A DNA stretch of 64,000 bases from Antedon mediterranea (lineage: Eukaryota > Animalia > Echinodermata). The stretch lies in assembly GCF_964355755.1 (NCBI RefSeq), contig NC_092677.1, positions 21,191,175 through 21,255,174 on the forward strand. The letters are read 5' to 3'. A program made the translations under genes and the position numbers. This document shows, piece by piece, positions 25,888-40,315 of this stretch. The notes under the pieces were generated by a model. It did not search any database. It had not been told where the DNA came from and worked only from the letters and a program-made list of their open reading frames with translations. The stretch's first letter is position 1; each line of letters opens with the position of its first letter.

Positions 25888-28800
25888 TCACACAAAACAT
25901 CAAAGTTTACAAAATAGCTTCAAATCGCATTTGGAGACGTTTCAGACCATTTTGTGATTTTCGAAAAAACTTGTTAACATAAAAACACCAAAGTGCTCAG
26001 AATACCTTCAAATCGCATTTGGAGACGTTTTAGACCATTTTGTGATTTTCGAAAAAACTTGTTAACATAAAAACACCAAAGTGCTTAGAAAAGCTTCAAA
26101 TCGCATTTGGAGATGTTTTAGACCATTTTGTGCATTTCGATGAAACTTGGTTACACAAAAACATCAAAGTGCTTAAAATCACATTTTGAGCATTTCGTTA
26201 AAACTTTTCACACAAAAACATCAAAGTCCACAAAATAGCTTAATATCGTATTTAAAAACGTTTTAGACCATTTTGAGCATTTCGAAAAAACTTTTCCACA
26301 CAAAACATCAAAGTTTACAAAATAGCTTCAAATCGCATTTGGAGACGTTTTAGACCATTTTGTGATTTTCGAAAAAACTTGTTAACATAAAAACACCAAA
26401 GTGCTCAGAATACCTTCAAATCGCATTTGGAGACGTTTTAGACAATTTTGTGATTTTCGAAAAAACTTGTTAACATAAAAACACCAAAGTGCTTAGAAAA
26501 GCTTCAAATCGCATTTGGAGACGTTTTAGACCATTTTGTGCATTTCGATGAAACTTGGTTACACAAAAACATCAAAGTGTACAGAATAGCTTCAAATCGC
26601 ATTAGAAACCGTTTTAGACCATTTTGAGCATTTCGAAAAAACTTTTTCACACAAAACATCAAAGTGTACAAAATAGCTTCAAATCGCATTTGGAGACGTT
26701 TTAGACCATTTTGCAGTTTTCGAAAAAACTTGTTAACATAAAAACACCAAAGTGCTAAGAATAGCTTCCAATCGCATTTGGAGACGTTTTAGACCCTTTT
26801 GTGCATTTCGATGAAACTTGGTTACACAAAAACATCAAAGTGCTTAAAATCACATTAGAAACCGTTTTAGACCATTTTGAGCATTTCGTTAAAATTTTTC
26901 ACAGAAAAACATCAAAGAGCAAAAAATAGCTTAATATCTTATTTAAAAACGTTTTAGACCATTTTGAGCATTTCGACAAAACTTTTTCACACAAAATATC
27001 AAAGTGTACAGAATAGCTTCAAATCGCATTTGGAGACGTTTTAACCCATTTTGAGCATTTCGATAAAATTTTACACACAAAAACATCAAAGTGCACAAAA
27101 TAGCTTAATATGGTATTTAAAAACGTTTTAGACCATTTTGAGCATTTCAACAAAACTTTTTCTCACAAAACATCAAAGTGTACAGAATAGCTTCAAATCG
27201 CATTTGGAGACGTTTTAGACCATTTTGTGCATTTCGATGAAACTTGGTTACACAAAAACATCAAAGTGCTTAAAATCACATTTTGAGCATTTCGTTAAAA
27301 CTTTTCACACAAAAACATCAAAGTCCACAAAATAGCTTAATATCGTATTTAAAAACGTTTTAGACCATTTTGAGCATTTCGAAAAAACTTTTCCACACAA
27401 AACATCAAAGTTTACAAAATAGCTTCAAATCGCATTTGGAGACGTTTTAGACCATTTTGTGATTTTCGAAAAAACTTGTTAACATAAAAACACCAAAGTG
27501 CTCAGAATACCTTCAAATCGCATTTGGAGACGTTTTAGACCCTTTTGTGCATTTCGATGAAACTTGGTTACACAAAAACATCAAAGTGCTTAAAATCACA
27601 TTAGAAACCGTTTTAGACCATTTTGAGCATTTCGTTAAAATTTTTCACAGAAAAACATCAAAGAGCAAAAAATATCTTAATCTCGTATTTAAAAACGTTT
27701 TAGACCATTTTGAGCATTTCGACAAAACTTTTTCACACAAAACATCAAAGTGTACAAAATAGCTTCAAATCGCATTTGGAGACGTTTTAACCCATTTTGA
27801 GCATTTCGATAAAATTTTACACACAAAAACATCAAAGTGCACAAAATAGCTTAATATGGTATTTAAAAACGTTTTAGACCATTTTGAGCATTTCAACAAA
27901 ACTTTTTCTCACAAAACATCAAAGTGTACAGAATAGCTTCAAATCGCATTTGGAGACGTTTTAGACCATTTTGTGCATTTCGATGAAACTTGGTTACACA
28001 AAAACATCAAAGTGCTTAAAATCACATTTTGAGCATTTCGTTAAAACTTTTCACACAAAAACATCAAAGTCCACAAAATAGCTTAATATCGTATTTAAAA
28101 ACGTTTTAGACCATTTTGAGCATTTCGAAAAAACTTTTCCACACGAAACATCAAAGTTTACAAAATAGTTTCAAATCGCATTTGGAGACGTTTTAGACCA
28201 TTTTGTGATTTTCGAAAAAACTTGATAACATAAAAACACCAAAGTGCTCAGAATACCTTCAAATCGTGTTTTGAGACGTTTTAGACCATTTTGTAATTTT
28301 CGAAAAAACTTGTTAACATAAAAACACCAAAGTGCTCAGAATACCTTCACATCGCATTTTGAGACGTTTTAGACCATTTTGTGATTTTCGAAAAAACTTG
28401 TTAACATAAAAACACCAAAGTGCTTAGAAAAGCTTGAAATCGCATTTGGAGACGTTTTAGACCATTTTGTGCATTTCGATGAAACTTGGTTACACAAAAA
28501 CATCAAAGTGCTTAAAATCACATTTTGAGCATTTCGTTAAAACTTTTCACACAAAAACATCAAAGTCCACAAAATAGCTTAATATCGTATTTAAAAACGT
28601 TTTAGACCATTTTGAGCATTTCGAAAAAACTTTTCCACACAAAACATCAAAGTTTACAAAATAGCTTTAAATCGCATTTGGAGACGTTTTAGACCATTTT
28701 GTTCATTTCGATGAAACAAAAACACAAAAACATCAAATTGCACAAAATGGCTTAATATGATATGGGAAAACGTTTTAGACCATTTTGAACATTTCGTTAA

Positions 28801-30854
28801 AAGTTTTCACAAAAAAACATCAAAGTCCACAAAACAGCTTAATATCGTATTTAAAAACGTTTTAGACCATTTTGAGCATTTCGAAAAAACTTTTTCACAC
28901 AAAACATCAAAGTTTACAAAATAGCTTCAAATCGCATTTGGAGACGTTTTAGACCATTTTGTGATTTTCGAAAAAACTTGTTAACATAAAAACACCAAAG
29001 TGCTCAGAATACCTTCAAATCGTGTTTTGAGACGTTTTAGACCATTTTGTGATTTTGGAAAAACTTGTTAACATAAAAACACCAAAGTGCTCAGAATACC
29101 TTCAAATCGCATTTGGAGACGTTTTAGACCATTTTGTGATTTTCGAAAAAACTTGTTAACATAAAAACACCAAAGTGCTCAGAAAAGCTTCAAATCGCAA
29201 TTGGAGACGTTTTAAACCATTTTGTTCATTTCGATGAAACTTGGTTACACAAAAACATCAAATTGCACAAAATGGCTTAATATGGTATGGGAAAACGTTT
29301 TAGACCATTTTGAACATTTCGAGAAAACTTTTTCACACAAAACTTCAAAGTGTACAGAATAGCTTCAAATCGCATTAGAAACCGTTTTAGACCATTTTGA
29401 GCATTTCGAAAAAACTTTTTCACACAAGACATCAAAGTTTACAAAATAGCTTCAAATCGCATTTGGAGACGTTTTAGACCATTTTGTGATTTTCGAAAAA
29501 ACTTGTTAACATAAAAACACCAAAGTGCTCAGAATACCTTCAAATCGCATTTTGAGACGTTTTAGACCATTTTGTGATTTTCGAAAAAACTTGTTAACAT
29601 AAAAATACCAAAGTGCTCAGAATACCTTCAAATCGTGTTTTGAGACGTTTTAGACCATTTTGTGATTTTCGAAAAAACTTAACATAAAAACACCAAAGTG
29701 CTCAGAATACCTTCAAATCGCATTTGGAGACGTTTTAGACCATTTTGTGATTTTCGAAAAAAATTGTTAACATAAAAACACCAAAGTGCTCAGAAAAGCT
29801 TCAAATCGCATTTGGAGACGTTTTAAACCATTTTGTTCATTTCGATGAAACTTGGTTACACAAAAAGAGCACAAAAGTATTTAAAAACGTTTTAGATCAT
29901 TTTGAGCATTCCGACAAAACTTTTTCACACAAAACATCAAAGTGTACAGAATAGCTTTAAATCGCATTTGGAGACGTTTTAGACCATTTTGTAGTTTTCG
30001 AAAAAACTTGTTAACATAAAAACACAAAAGAGCTTCAAATCGCATTTGGAGACGTTTTAGACCCTTTTGTGCATTTCGATGAAACTTGGTTACACAAAAA
30101 CATCAAAGTGCTTAAAATCACATTAGAAACCGTTTTAGACCATTTTGAGCATTTCGTTAAAACTTTTCACACAAAAACATCAAAGTCCACAAAATAGCTT
30201 AATATCGTATTCAAAAACGTTTTAGACCATTTTGAGCATTTCGAAAAAACTTTTTCACACAAAACATCAAAGTTTACAAAATAGCTTCAAATCGCATTTG
30301 GAGACGTTTTAGACCATTTTGTGATTTTCGAAAAAAAACTTGTTAACATAAAAACACCAAAGTGCTCAGAATACCTTCCAATCGCATTTTGAGACGTTTT
30401 AGACCATTTTGTGATTTTCGAAAAAACAACATAAAAACACCAAAATGCTCAGAATACCTTCAAATCGCATTTGGAGACGTTTTAGACCATTTTGTGATTT
30501 TGGAAAAAACTTGTTAACATAAAAACACCAAAGTGCTTAGAAAAGCTTCAAATCGCATTTGGAGACGTTTTAGACCCTTTTGTGCATTTCGATGAAACTT
30601 GGTTACACAAAAACATCAAAGTGCTTAAAATCACAGTAGAAACCATTTTAGACCATTTTGAGCATTTCGTTAAAATTTTTCACAGAAAAACATCAAAGAG
30701 CAAAAAATAGCTTAATATCGTATTTAAAAACGTTTTAGACCATTTTGAGCATTTCGACAAAACTTTTTCACACAAAACATCAAAGTGTACAGATAAGCTT
30801 CAAATCGCATTTGGAGACGTTTTAAACCATTTTGAGCATTTCGATAAAATTTTA

Positions 30855-32153
30855 CACACAAAAACATCAAAGTGCACAAAATAGCTTAATATGGTATTTA
30901 AAAACGTTTTAGACCATTTTGAGCATTTCAACAAAACTTTTTCTCACAAAACATCAAAGTGTACAGAATAGCTTCAAATCGCATTTGGAGACGTTTTAGA
31001 CCATTTTGTGCATTTCGATGAAACTTGGTTACACAAAAACATCAAAGTGCTTAAAATCACATTTTGAGCATTTCGTTAAAACTTTTCACACAAAAACATC
31101 AAAGTCCACAAAATAGCTTAATATCTTATTTAAAAACGTTTTAGACCATTTTGAGCATTTCGAAAAAACTTTTTCACACAAAACATCAAAGTTTACAAAA
31201 TAGCTTCAAATCGCATTTGGAGACGTTTTAGACCATTTTGTGATTTTCGAAAAAACTTGTTAACATAAAAACACCAAAGTGCTCAGAATACCTTCAAATC
31301 GCATTTGGAGACGTTTTAGACCATTTTGTGATTTTCGAAAAAACTTGTTAACATAAAAACACCAAAGTGCTTAGAAAAGCTTCAAATCGCATTTGGAGAT
31401 GTTTTAGACCATTTTGTGCATTTCGATGAAACTTGGTTACACAAAAACATCAAAGTGCTTAAAATCACATTTTGAGCATTTCGTTAAAACTTTTCACACA
31501 AAAACATCAAAGTGCACAAAATAGCTTAATATGGTATTTAAAAACGTTTTAGACCATTTTGAGCATTTCAACAAAACTTTTTCTCACAAAACATCAAAGT
31601 GTACAGAATAGCTTCAAATCGCATTTGGAGACGTTTTAGACCATTTTGTGCATTTCGATGAAACTTGGTTACACAAAAACATCAAAGTGCTTAAAATCAC
31701 ATTTTGAGCATTTCGTTAAAACTTTTCACACAAAAACATCAAAGTCCACAAAATAGCTTAATATCTTATTTAAAAACGTTTTAGACCATTTTGAGCATTT
31801 CGAAAAAACTTTTTCACACAAAACATCAAAGTTTACAAAATAGCTTCAAATCGCATTTGGAGACGTTTTAGACCATTTTGTGATTTTCGAAAAAACTTGT
31901 TAACATAAAAACACCAAAGTGCTCAGAATACCTTCAAATCGCATTTGGAGACGTTTTAGACCATTTTGTGATTTTCGAAAAAACTTGTTAACATAAAAAC
32001 ACCAAAGTGCTTAGAAAAGCTTCAAATCGCATTTGGAGATGTTTTAGACCATTTTGTGCATTTCGATGAAACTTGGTTACACAAAAACATCAAAGTGCTT
32101 AAAATCACATTTTGAGCATTTCGTTAAAACTTTTCACACAAAAACATCAAAGT
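30855..32153 (+). repeat. Tandem duplication, unit 640 bp
   Basis: ATATCTTATT at 31121/31761 and GGAGAT ending 31400/32040. Chimeric junction monomer at ~31480-31540. Confidence 0.88.
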
Positions 32154-35100
32154 CCACAAAATAGCTTAATATCGTATTTAAAAACGTTTTAGACCATTTT
32201 GAGCATTTCGAAAAAACTTTTCCACACAAAACATCAAAGTTTACAAAATAGCTTCAAATCGCATTTGGAGACGTTTTAGACCATTTTGTGATTTTCGAAA
32301 AAACTTGTTAACATAAAAACACCAAAGTGCTCAGAATACCTTCAAATCGTGTTTTGAGACGTTTTAGACCATTTTGTAATTTTCGAAAAAACTTGTTAAC
32401 ATAAAAACACCAAAGTGCTCAGAATACCTTCACATCGCATTTTGAGACGTTTTAGACCATTTTGTGATTTTCGAAAAAACTTGTTAACATAAAAACACCA
32501 AAGTGCTTAGAAAAGCTTGAAATCGCATTTGGAGACGTTTTAGACCATTTTGTGCATTTCGATGAAACTTGGTTACACAAAAACATCAAAGTGCTTAAAA
32601 TCACATTTTGAGCATTTCGTTAAAACTTTTCACACAAAAACATCAAAGAGTAATAAATAGCTTAATATCGTATTTAAAAACGTTTTAGACCATTTTGAGC
32701 ATTTCGACAAAATTTTTTCAAACAAAACATCAAAGTGTACAGAATAGCTTTAAATCGCATTTGGAGACGTTTTAGACCATTTTGTTCATTTCGATGAAAC
32801 AAAAACACAAAAACATCAAATTGCACAAAATGGCTTAATATGATATGGGGAAACGTTTTAGACCATTTTGAACATTTCGTTAAAAGTTTTCACACAAAAA
32901 CATCAAAGTCCACAAAATAGCTTAATATCGTATTTAAAAACGTTTTAGACCATTTTGAGCATTTCGAAAAAACTTTTTCACACAAAACATCAAAGTTTAC
33001 AAAATAGCTTCAAATCGCATTTGGAGACGTTTTAGACCATTTTGTGATTTTCGAAAAAACTTGTTAACATAAAAACACCAAAGTGCTCAGAATACCTTCA
33101 AATCGCATTTTGAGACGTTTTAGACCATTTTGTGATTTTCGAAAAAAACTTGTTAACATAAAAACACCAAAGTGCTCAGAATACCTTCAAATCGCATTTG
33201 GAGACGTTTTAGACCATTTTGTGATTTTCGTAAAAACTTGTTAACATAAAAACACCAAAGTGCTTAGAAAAGTTTCAAATCGCATTTGGAGACGTTTTAG
33301 ACCATTTTGTTCATTTCGATGAAACTTGGTTACACAAAAACATCAAATTGCACAAAATGGCTTAATATGGTATGGGAAAACGTTTTAGACCTTTTTGAAC
33401 ATTTCGAGAAAACTTTTTCACACAAAACTTCAAAGTGTACAGAATAGCTTCAAATCGCATTAGAAACCGTTTTAGACCATTTTGAGCATTTCGAAAAAAC
33501 TTTTTCACACAAAACATCAAAGTTTACAAAATAGCTTCAAATCACATTTGGAGACGTTTTAGACCATTTTGTGATTTTCAAAAAAACTTGTTAACATAAA
33601 AACACCAAAGTTCTCAGAATACCTTCAAATCGCATTTTGAGACGTTTTAGACCATTTTGTGATTTTCGGAAAAACTTGTTAACATAAAAACACCAAAGTG
33701 CTCAGAATACCTTCAAATCGTATTTTGAGACGTTTTAGACAATTTTGTGATTTTCGAAAAAACTTGTTAACATAAAAACACCAAAGTGCTTAGAAAAGCT
33801 TCAAATCGCATTTGAAGACGTTTTAGACCATTTTGTGCATTTCGATGAAACTTGGTTACACAAAAACATCAAAGTGTACAGAATAGCTTCAAATCGCATT
33901 AGAAACCGTTTTAGACCATTTTAAGCATTTCGAAAAAACTTTTTCACACAAAACATCAAAGTGTACAAAATAGCTTCAAATCGCATTTGGAGACGTTTTA
34001 GACAATTTTGTGATTTTCGAGAAAAACTTGTTTACATAAAAACACCAAAGTGCTCAGAATAGCTTCCAATCGCATTTTGAGACGTTTTAGACCCTTTTGT
34101 GCATTTCGATGAAACTTGGTTACACAAAAACATCAAAGTGCTTAAAATCACATTTTGAGCATTTCGTTAAAACTTTTCACACAAAAACATCAAAGTCCAC
34201 AAAATAGCTTAATATCGTATTTAAAAAAGTTTTAGACCATTTTGAGCATTTCGAAAAAACTTTTTCACACAAAACATCAAAGTTTACAAAATAGCTTCAA
34301 ATCGCATTTGGAGACGTTTTAGACCATTTTGTGATTTTCGAAAAAACTTGTTAACATAAAAACACCAAAGTTCTCAGAATACCTTCAAATCGCATTTTGA
34401 GACGTTTTAGACCATTTTGTGATTTTCGAAAAAACAACATAAAAACACCAAAGTGCTCAGAATACCTTCAAATCGCATTTTGAGACGTTTTAGACCATTT
34501 TGTGATTTTCGAAAAAACTTGTTAACATAAAAACACCAAAGTGCTCAGAATACCTTTAAATCGCATTTGGAGACGTTTTAGACCATTTTGTGATTTTCGT
34601 AAAAACTTGTTAACATAAAAACACCAAAGTGCTTAGAAAAGTTTCAAATCGCATTTGGAGACGTTTTAGACCATTTTGTTCATTTCGATGAAACTTGGTT
34701 ACACAAAAACATCAAATTGCACAAAATGGCTTAATATGGTATGGGAAAACGTTTTAGACCATTTTGAACATTTCGAGAAAACTTTTTCACACAAAACTTC
34801 AAAGTGTACAGAATAGCTTCAAATCGCATTAGAAACCGTTTTAGACCATTTTGAGCATTTCGAAAAAACTTTTTCACACAAAACATCAAAGTTTACAAAA
34901 AAGCTTCACATCACATTTGGAGACGTTTTAGACCATTTTGTGATTTTCAAAAAAACTTGTTAACATAAAAACACCAAAGTGCTCAGAATACCTTCAAATC
35001 GCATTTTGAGACGTTTTAGACCATTTTGTGATTTTCGGAAAAACTTGTTAACATAAAAACACCAAAGTGCTCAGAATACCTTCAAATCGTATTTTGAGAC

Positions 35101-35749
35101 GTTTTAGACAATTTTGTGATTATCGAAAAAACTTGTTAACATAAAAACACCAAAGTGCTTAGAAAAGCTTCAAATCGCATTTGGAGACGTTTTAGACCAT
35201 TTTGTGCATTTCGATGAAACTTGGTTACACAAAAACATCAAAGTGTACAGAATAGCTTCAAATCGCATTAGAAACCGTTTTAGACCATTTTGAGCATTTC
35301 GAAAAAACTTTTTCACACAAAACATCAAAGTGTACAAAATAGCTTCAAATCGCATTTGGAGACGTTTTAGACAATTTTGTGATTTTCGAAAAAACTTGTT
35401 TACATAAAAACACCAAAGTGCTCAGAATAGCTTCCAATCGCATTTTGAGACGTTTTAGACCCTTTTGTGCATTTCGATGAAACTTGGTTACACAAAAACA
35501 TCAAAGTGCTTAAAATCACAGTAGAAACCGTTTTAGACCATTTTGAGCATTTCGTTAAAATTTTTCACAGAAAAACATCAAAGAGCAAAAAATAGCTTAA
35601 TATCGTATTTAAAAACGTTTTAGACCATTTTGAGCATTTCGACAAAACTTTTTCACACAAAACATCAAAGTGTACAGATAAGCTTCAAATCGCATTTGGA
35701 GACGTTTTAAACCATTTTGAGCATTTCGATAAAATTTTACACACAAAAA

Positions 35750-38700
35750 CATCAAAGTCCACAAAATAGCTTAATATCGTATTTAAAAACGTTTTAGACC
35801 ATTTTGAGCATTTCGAAAAAACTTTTCCACACAAAACATCAAAGTTTACAAAATAGCTTCAAATCGCATTTGGAGACGTTTTAGACCATTTTGTGATTTT
35901 CGAAAAAACTTGTTAACATAAAAACACCAAAGTGCTCAGAATACCTTCAAATCGTGTTTTGAGACGTTTTAGACCATTTTGTAATTTTCGAAAAAACTTG
36001 TTAACATAAAAACACCAAAGTGCTCAGAATACCTTCACATCGCATTTTGAGACGTTTTAGACCATTTTGTGATTTTCGAAAAAACTTGTTAACATAAAAA
36101 CACCAAAGTGCTTAGAAAAGCTTGAAATCGCATTTGGAGACGTTTTAGACCATTTTGTGCATTTCGATGAAACTTGGTTACACAAAAACATCAAAGTGCT
36201 TAAAATCACATTAGAAACCGTTTTAGACCATTTTGAGCATTTCGTTAAAACTTTTCACACAAAAACATCAAAGTCCACAAAATAGCTTAATATCGTATTT
36301 AAAAACGTTTTAGACCATTTTCAGCATTTCGAAAAAACTTTTCCACACAAAACATCAAAGTTTACAAAATAGCTTCAAATCGCATTTGGAGACGTTTTAG
36401 ACCATTTTGTGATTTTCGAAAAAACTTGTTAACATAAAAACACCAAAGTGCTCAGAATACCTTCAAATCGCATTTGGAGACGTTTTAGACCCTTTTGTGC
36501 ATTTCGATGAAACTTGGTTACACAAAAACATCAAAGTGCTTAAAATCACATTAGAAACCGTTTTAGACCATTTTGAGCATTTCGTTAAAATTTTTCACAG
36601 AAAAACATCAAAGAGCAAAAAATATCTTAATCTCGTATTTAAAAACGTTTTAGACCATTTTTAGCATTTCGACAAAACTTTTTCACACAAAACATCAAAG
36701 TGTACAAAATAGCTTCAAATCGCATTTGGAGACGTTTTAACCCATTTTGAGCATTTCGATAAAATTTTACACACAAAAACATCAAAGTGCACAAAATAGC
36801 TTAATATGGTATTTAAAAACGTTTTAGACCATTTTGAGCATTTCAACAAAACTTTTTCTCACAAAACATCAAAGTGTACAGAATAGCTTCAAATCGCATT
36901 TGGAGACGTTTTAGACCATTTTGTGCATTTCGATGAAACTTGGTTACACAAAAACATCAAAGTGCTTAAAATCACATTTTGAGCATTTCGTTAAAACTTT
37001 TCACACAAAAACATCAAAGTCCACAAAATAGCTTAATATCGTATTTAAAAACGTTTTAGACCATTTTGAGCATTTCGAAAAAACTTTTCCACACGAAACA
37101 TCAAAGTTTACAAAATAGCTTCAAATCGCATTTGGAGACCTTTTAGACCATTTTGTGATTTTCGAAAAAACTTGTTAACATAAAAACACCAAAGTGCTCA
37201 GAATACCTTCAAATCGTGTTTTGAGACGTTTTAGACCATTTTGTAATTTTCGAAAAAACTTGTTAACATAAAAACACCAAAGTGCTCAGAATTCCTTCAC
37301 ATCGCATTTTGAGACGTTTTAGACCATTTTGTGATTTTCGAAAAAACTTGTTAACATAAAAACACCAAAGTGCTTAGAAAAGCTTGAAATCGCATTTGGA
37401 GACGTTTTAGACCATTTTGTGCATTTCGATGAAACTTGGTTACACAAAAACATCAAAGTGTACAGAATAGCTTCAAATCGCATTAGAAACCGTTTTAGAC
37501 CATTTTGAGCATTTCGAAAAAACTTTTTCACACAAAACATCAAAGTGTACAAAATAGCTTCAAATCGCATTTGGAGACGTTTTAGACAATTTTGTGATTT
37601 TCGAAAAAACTTGTTTACATAAAAACACCAAAGTGCTCAGAATAGCTTCCAATCGCATTTTGAGACGTTTTAGACCCTTTTGTGCATTTCGATGAAACTT
37701 GGTTACACAAAAACATCAAAGTGCTTAAAATCACAGTAGAAACCGTTTTAGACCATTTTGAGCATTTCGTTAAAATTTTTCACAGAAAAACATCAAAGAG
37801 CAAAAAATAGCTTAATATCGTATTTAAAAACGTTTTAGACCATTTTGAGCATTTCGACAAAACTTTTTCACACAAAACATCAAAGTGTACAGATAAGCTT
37901 CAAATCGCATTTGGAGACGTTTTAAACCATTTTGAGCATTTCGATAAAATTTTACACACAAAAACATCAAAGTGCACAAAATAGCTTAATATGGTATTTA
38001 AAAACGTTTTAGACCATTTTGAGCATTTCAACAAAACTTTTTCTCACAAAACATCAAAGTGTACAGAATAGCTTCAAATCGCATTTGGAGAAGTTTAAGA
38101 CCATTTTGTGCATTTCGATGAAACTTGGTTACACAAAAACATCAAAGTGCTTAAATTCCCATTTTGAGCATTTCGTTAAAACTTTTCACACAAAAACATC
38201 AAAGTCCACAAAATAGCTTAATATCGTATTTAAAAACGTTTTAGACCATTTTGAGAATTTCGAAAAAACTTTTTCACACAAAACATCAAAGTTTACAAAA
38301 TAGCTTCAAATCGCATTTGGAGACGTTTTAGACCATTTTGTGATTTTCGAAAAAACTTGTTAACATAAAAACACCAAAGTGCTCAAAATACCTTCAAATC
38401 GCATTTGGAGACGTTTTAGACCATTTTGTGATTTTCGAAAAAACTTGTTAACATAAAAACACCAAAGTGCTTAGAAAAGTTTCAAATCGCATTTGGAGAC
38501 GTTTTAGACCATTTTTATCATTTCGATGAAACTTGGTTACACAAAAACATCAAAGTGCTTAAAATCACATTTTGAGCATTTCGTTAAAACTTTTCACACA
38601 AAAACATCAAAGTCCACAAAATAGCTTAATATCGTATTTAAAAACGTTTTAGACCATTTTGAGCATTTCGAAAAAACTTTTCCACACAAAACATCAAAGT

Positions 38701-40315
38701 TTACAAAATAGCTTCAAATCGCATTTGGAGACGTTTTAGACCATTTTGTGATTTTCGAAAAAACTTGTTAACATAAAAACACCAAAGTGCTCAGAATACC
38801 TTCAAATCGTGTTTTGAGACGTTTTAGACCATTTTGTAATTTTCGAAAAAACTTGTTAACATAAAAACACCAAAGTGCTCAGAATACCTTCACATCGCAT
38901 TTTGAGACGTTTTAGACCATTTTGTGATTTTCGAAAAAACTTGTTAACATAAAAACACCAAAGTGCTTAGAAAAGCTTGAAATCGCATTTGGAGACGTTT
39001 TAGACCATTTTGTGCATTTCGATGAAACTTGGTTACACAAAAACATCAAAGTGCTTAAAATCACATTAGAAACCGTTTTAGACCATTTTGAGCATTTCGT
39101 TAAAACTTTTCACACAAAAACATCAAAGTCCACAAAATAGCTTAATATCGTATTTAAAAACGTTTTAGACCATTTTCAGCATTTCGAAAAAACTTTTCCA
39201 CACAAAACATCAAAGTTTACAAAATAGCTTCAAATCGCATTTGGAGACGTTTTAGACCATTTTGTGATTTTCGAAAAAACTTGTTAACATAAAAACACCA
39301 AAGTGCTCAGAATACCTTCAAATCGCATTTGGAGACGTTTTAGACCCTTTTGTGCATTTCGATGAAACTTGGTTACACAAAAACATCAAAGTGCTTAAAA
39401 TCACATTAGAAACCGTTTTAGACCATTTTGAGCATTTCGTTAAAATTTTTCACAGAAAAACATCAAAGAGCAAAAAATATCTTAATCTCGTATTTAAAAA
39501 CGTTTTAGACCATTTTTAGCATTTCGACAAAACTTTTTCACACAAAACATCAAAGTGTACAAAATAGCTTCAAATCGCATTTGGAGACGTTTTAACCCAT
39601 TTTGAGCATTTCGATAAAATTTTACACACAAAAACATCAAAGTGCACAAAATAGCTTAATATGGTATTTAAAAACGTTTTAGACCATTTTGAGCATTTCA
39701 ACAAAACTTTTTCTCACAAAACATCAAAGTGTACAGAATAGCTTCAAATCGCATTTGGAGACGTTTTAGACCATTTTGTGCATTTCGATGAAACTTGGTT
39801 ACACAAAAACATCAAAGTGCTTAAAATCACATTTTGAGCATTTCGTTAAAACTTTTCACACAAAAACATCAAAGTCCACAAAATAGCTTAATATCGTATT
39901 TAAAAACGTTTTAGACCATTTTGAGCATTTCGAAAAAACTTTTCCACACGAAACATCAAAGTTTACAAAATAGCTTCAAATCGCATTTGGAGACGTTTTA
40001 GACCATTTTGTGATTTTCGAAAAAACTTGATAACATAAAAACACCAAAGTGCTCAGAATACCTTCAAATCGTGTTTTGAGACGTTTTAGACCATTTTGTA
40101 ATTTTCGAAAAAACTTGTTAACATAAAAACACCAAAGTGCTCAGAATACCTTCACATCGAATTTTGAGACGTTTTAGACCATTTTGTGATTTTCGAAAAA
40201 ACTTGTTAACATAAAAACACCAAAGTGCTTAGAAAAGCTTGAAATCGCATTTGGAGACGTTTTAGACCATTTTGTGCATTTCGATGAAACTTGGTTACAC
40301 AAAAACATCAAAGTG
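35750..40315 (+). repeat. Dispersed duplication of ~1.7 kb (35750-37460 and 38605-40315, offset 2855)
   Basis: TTTTCAGC 36322/39177, TTTTTAGC 36662/39517, CACACGAAAC 37095/39950. Confidence 0.85.
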
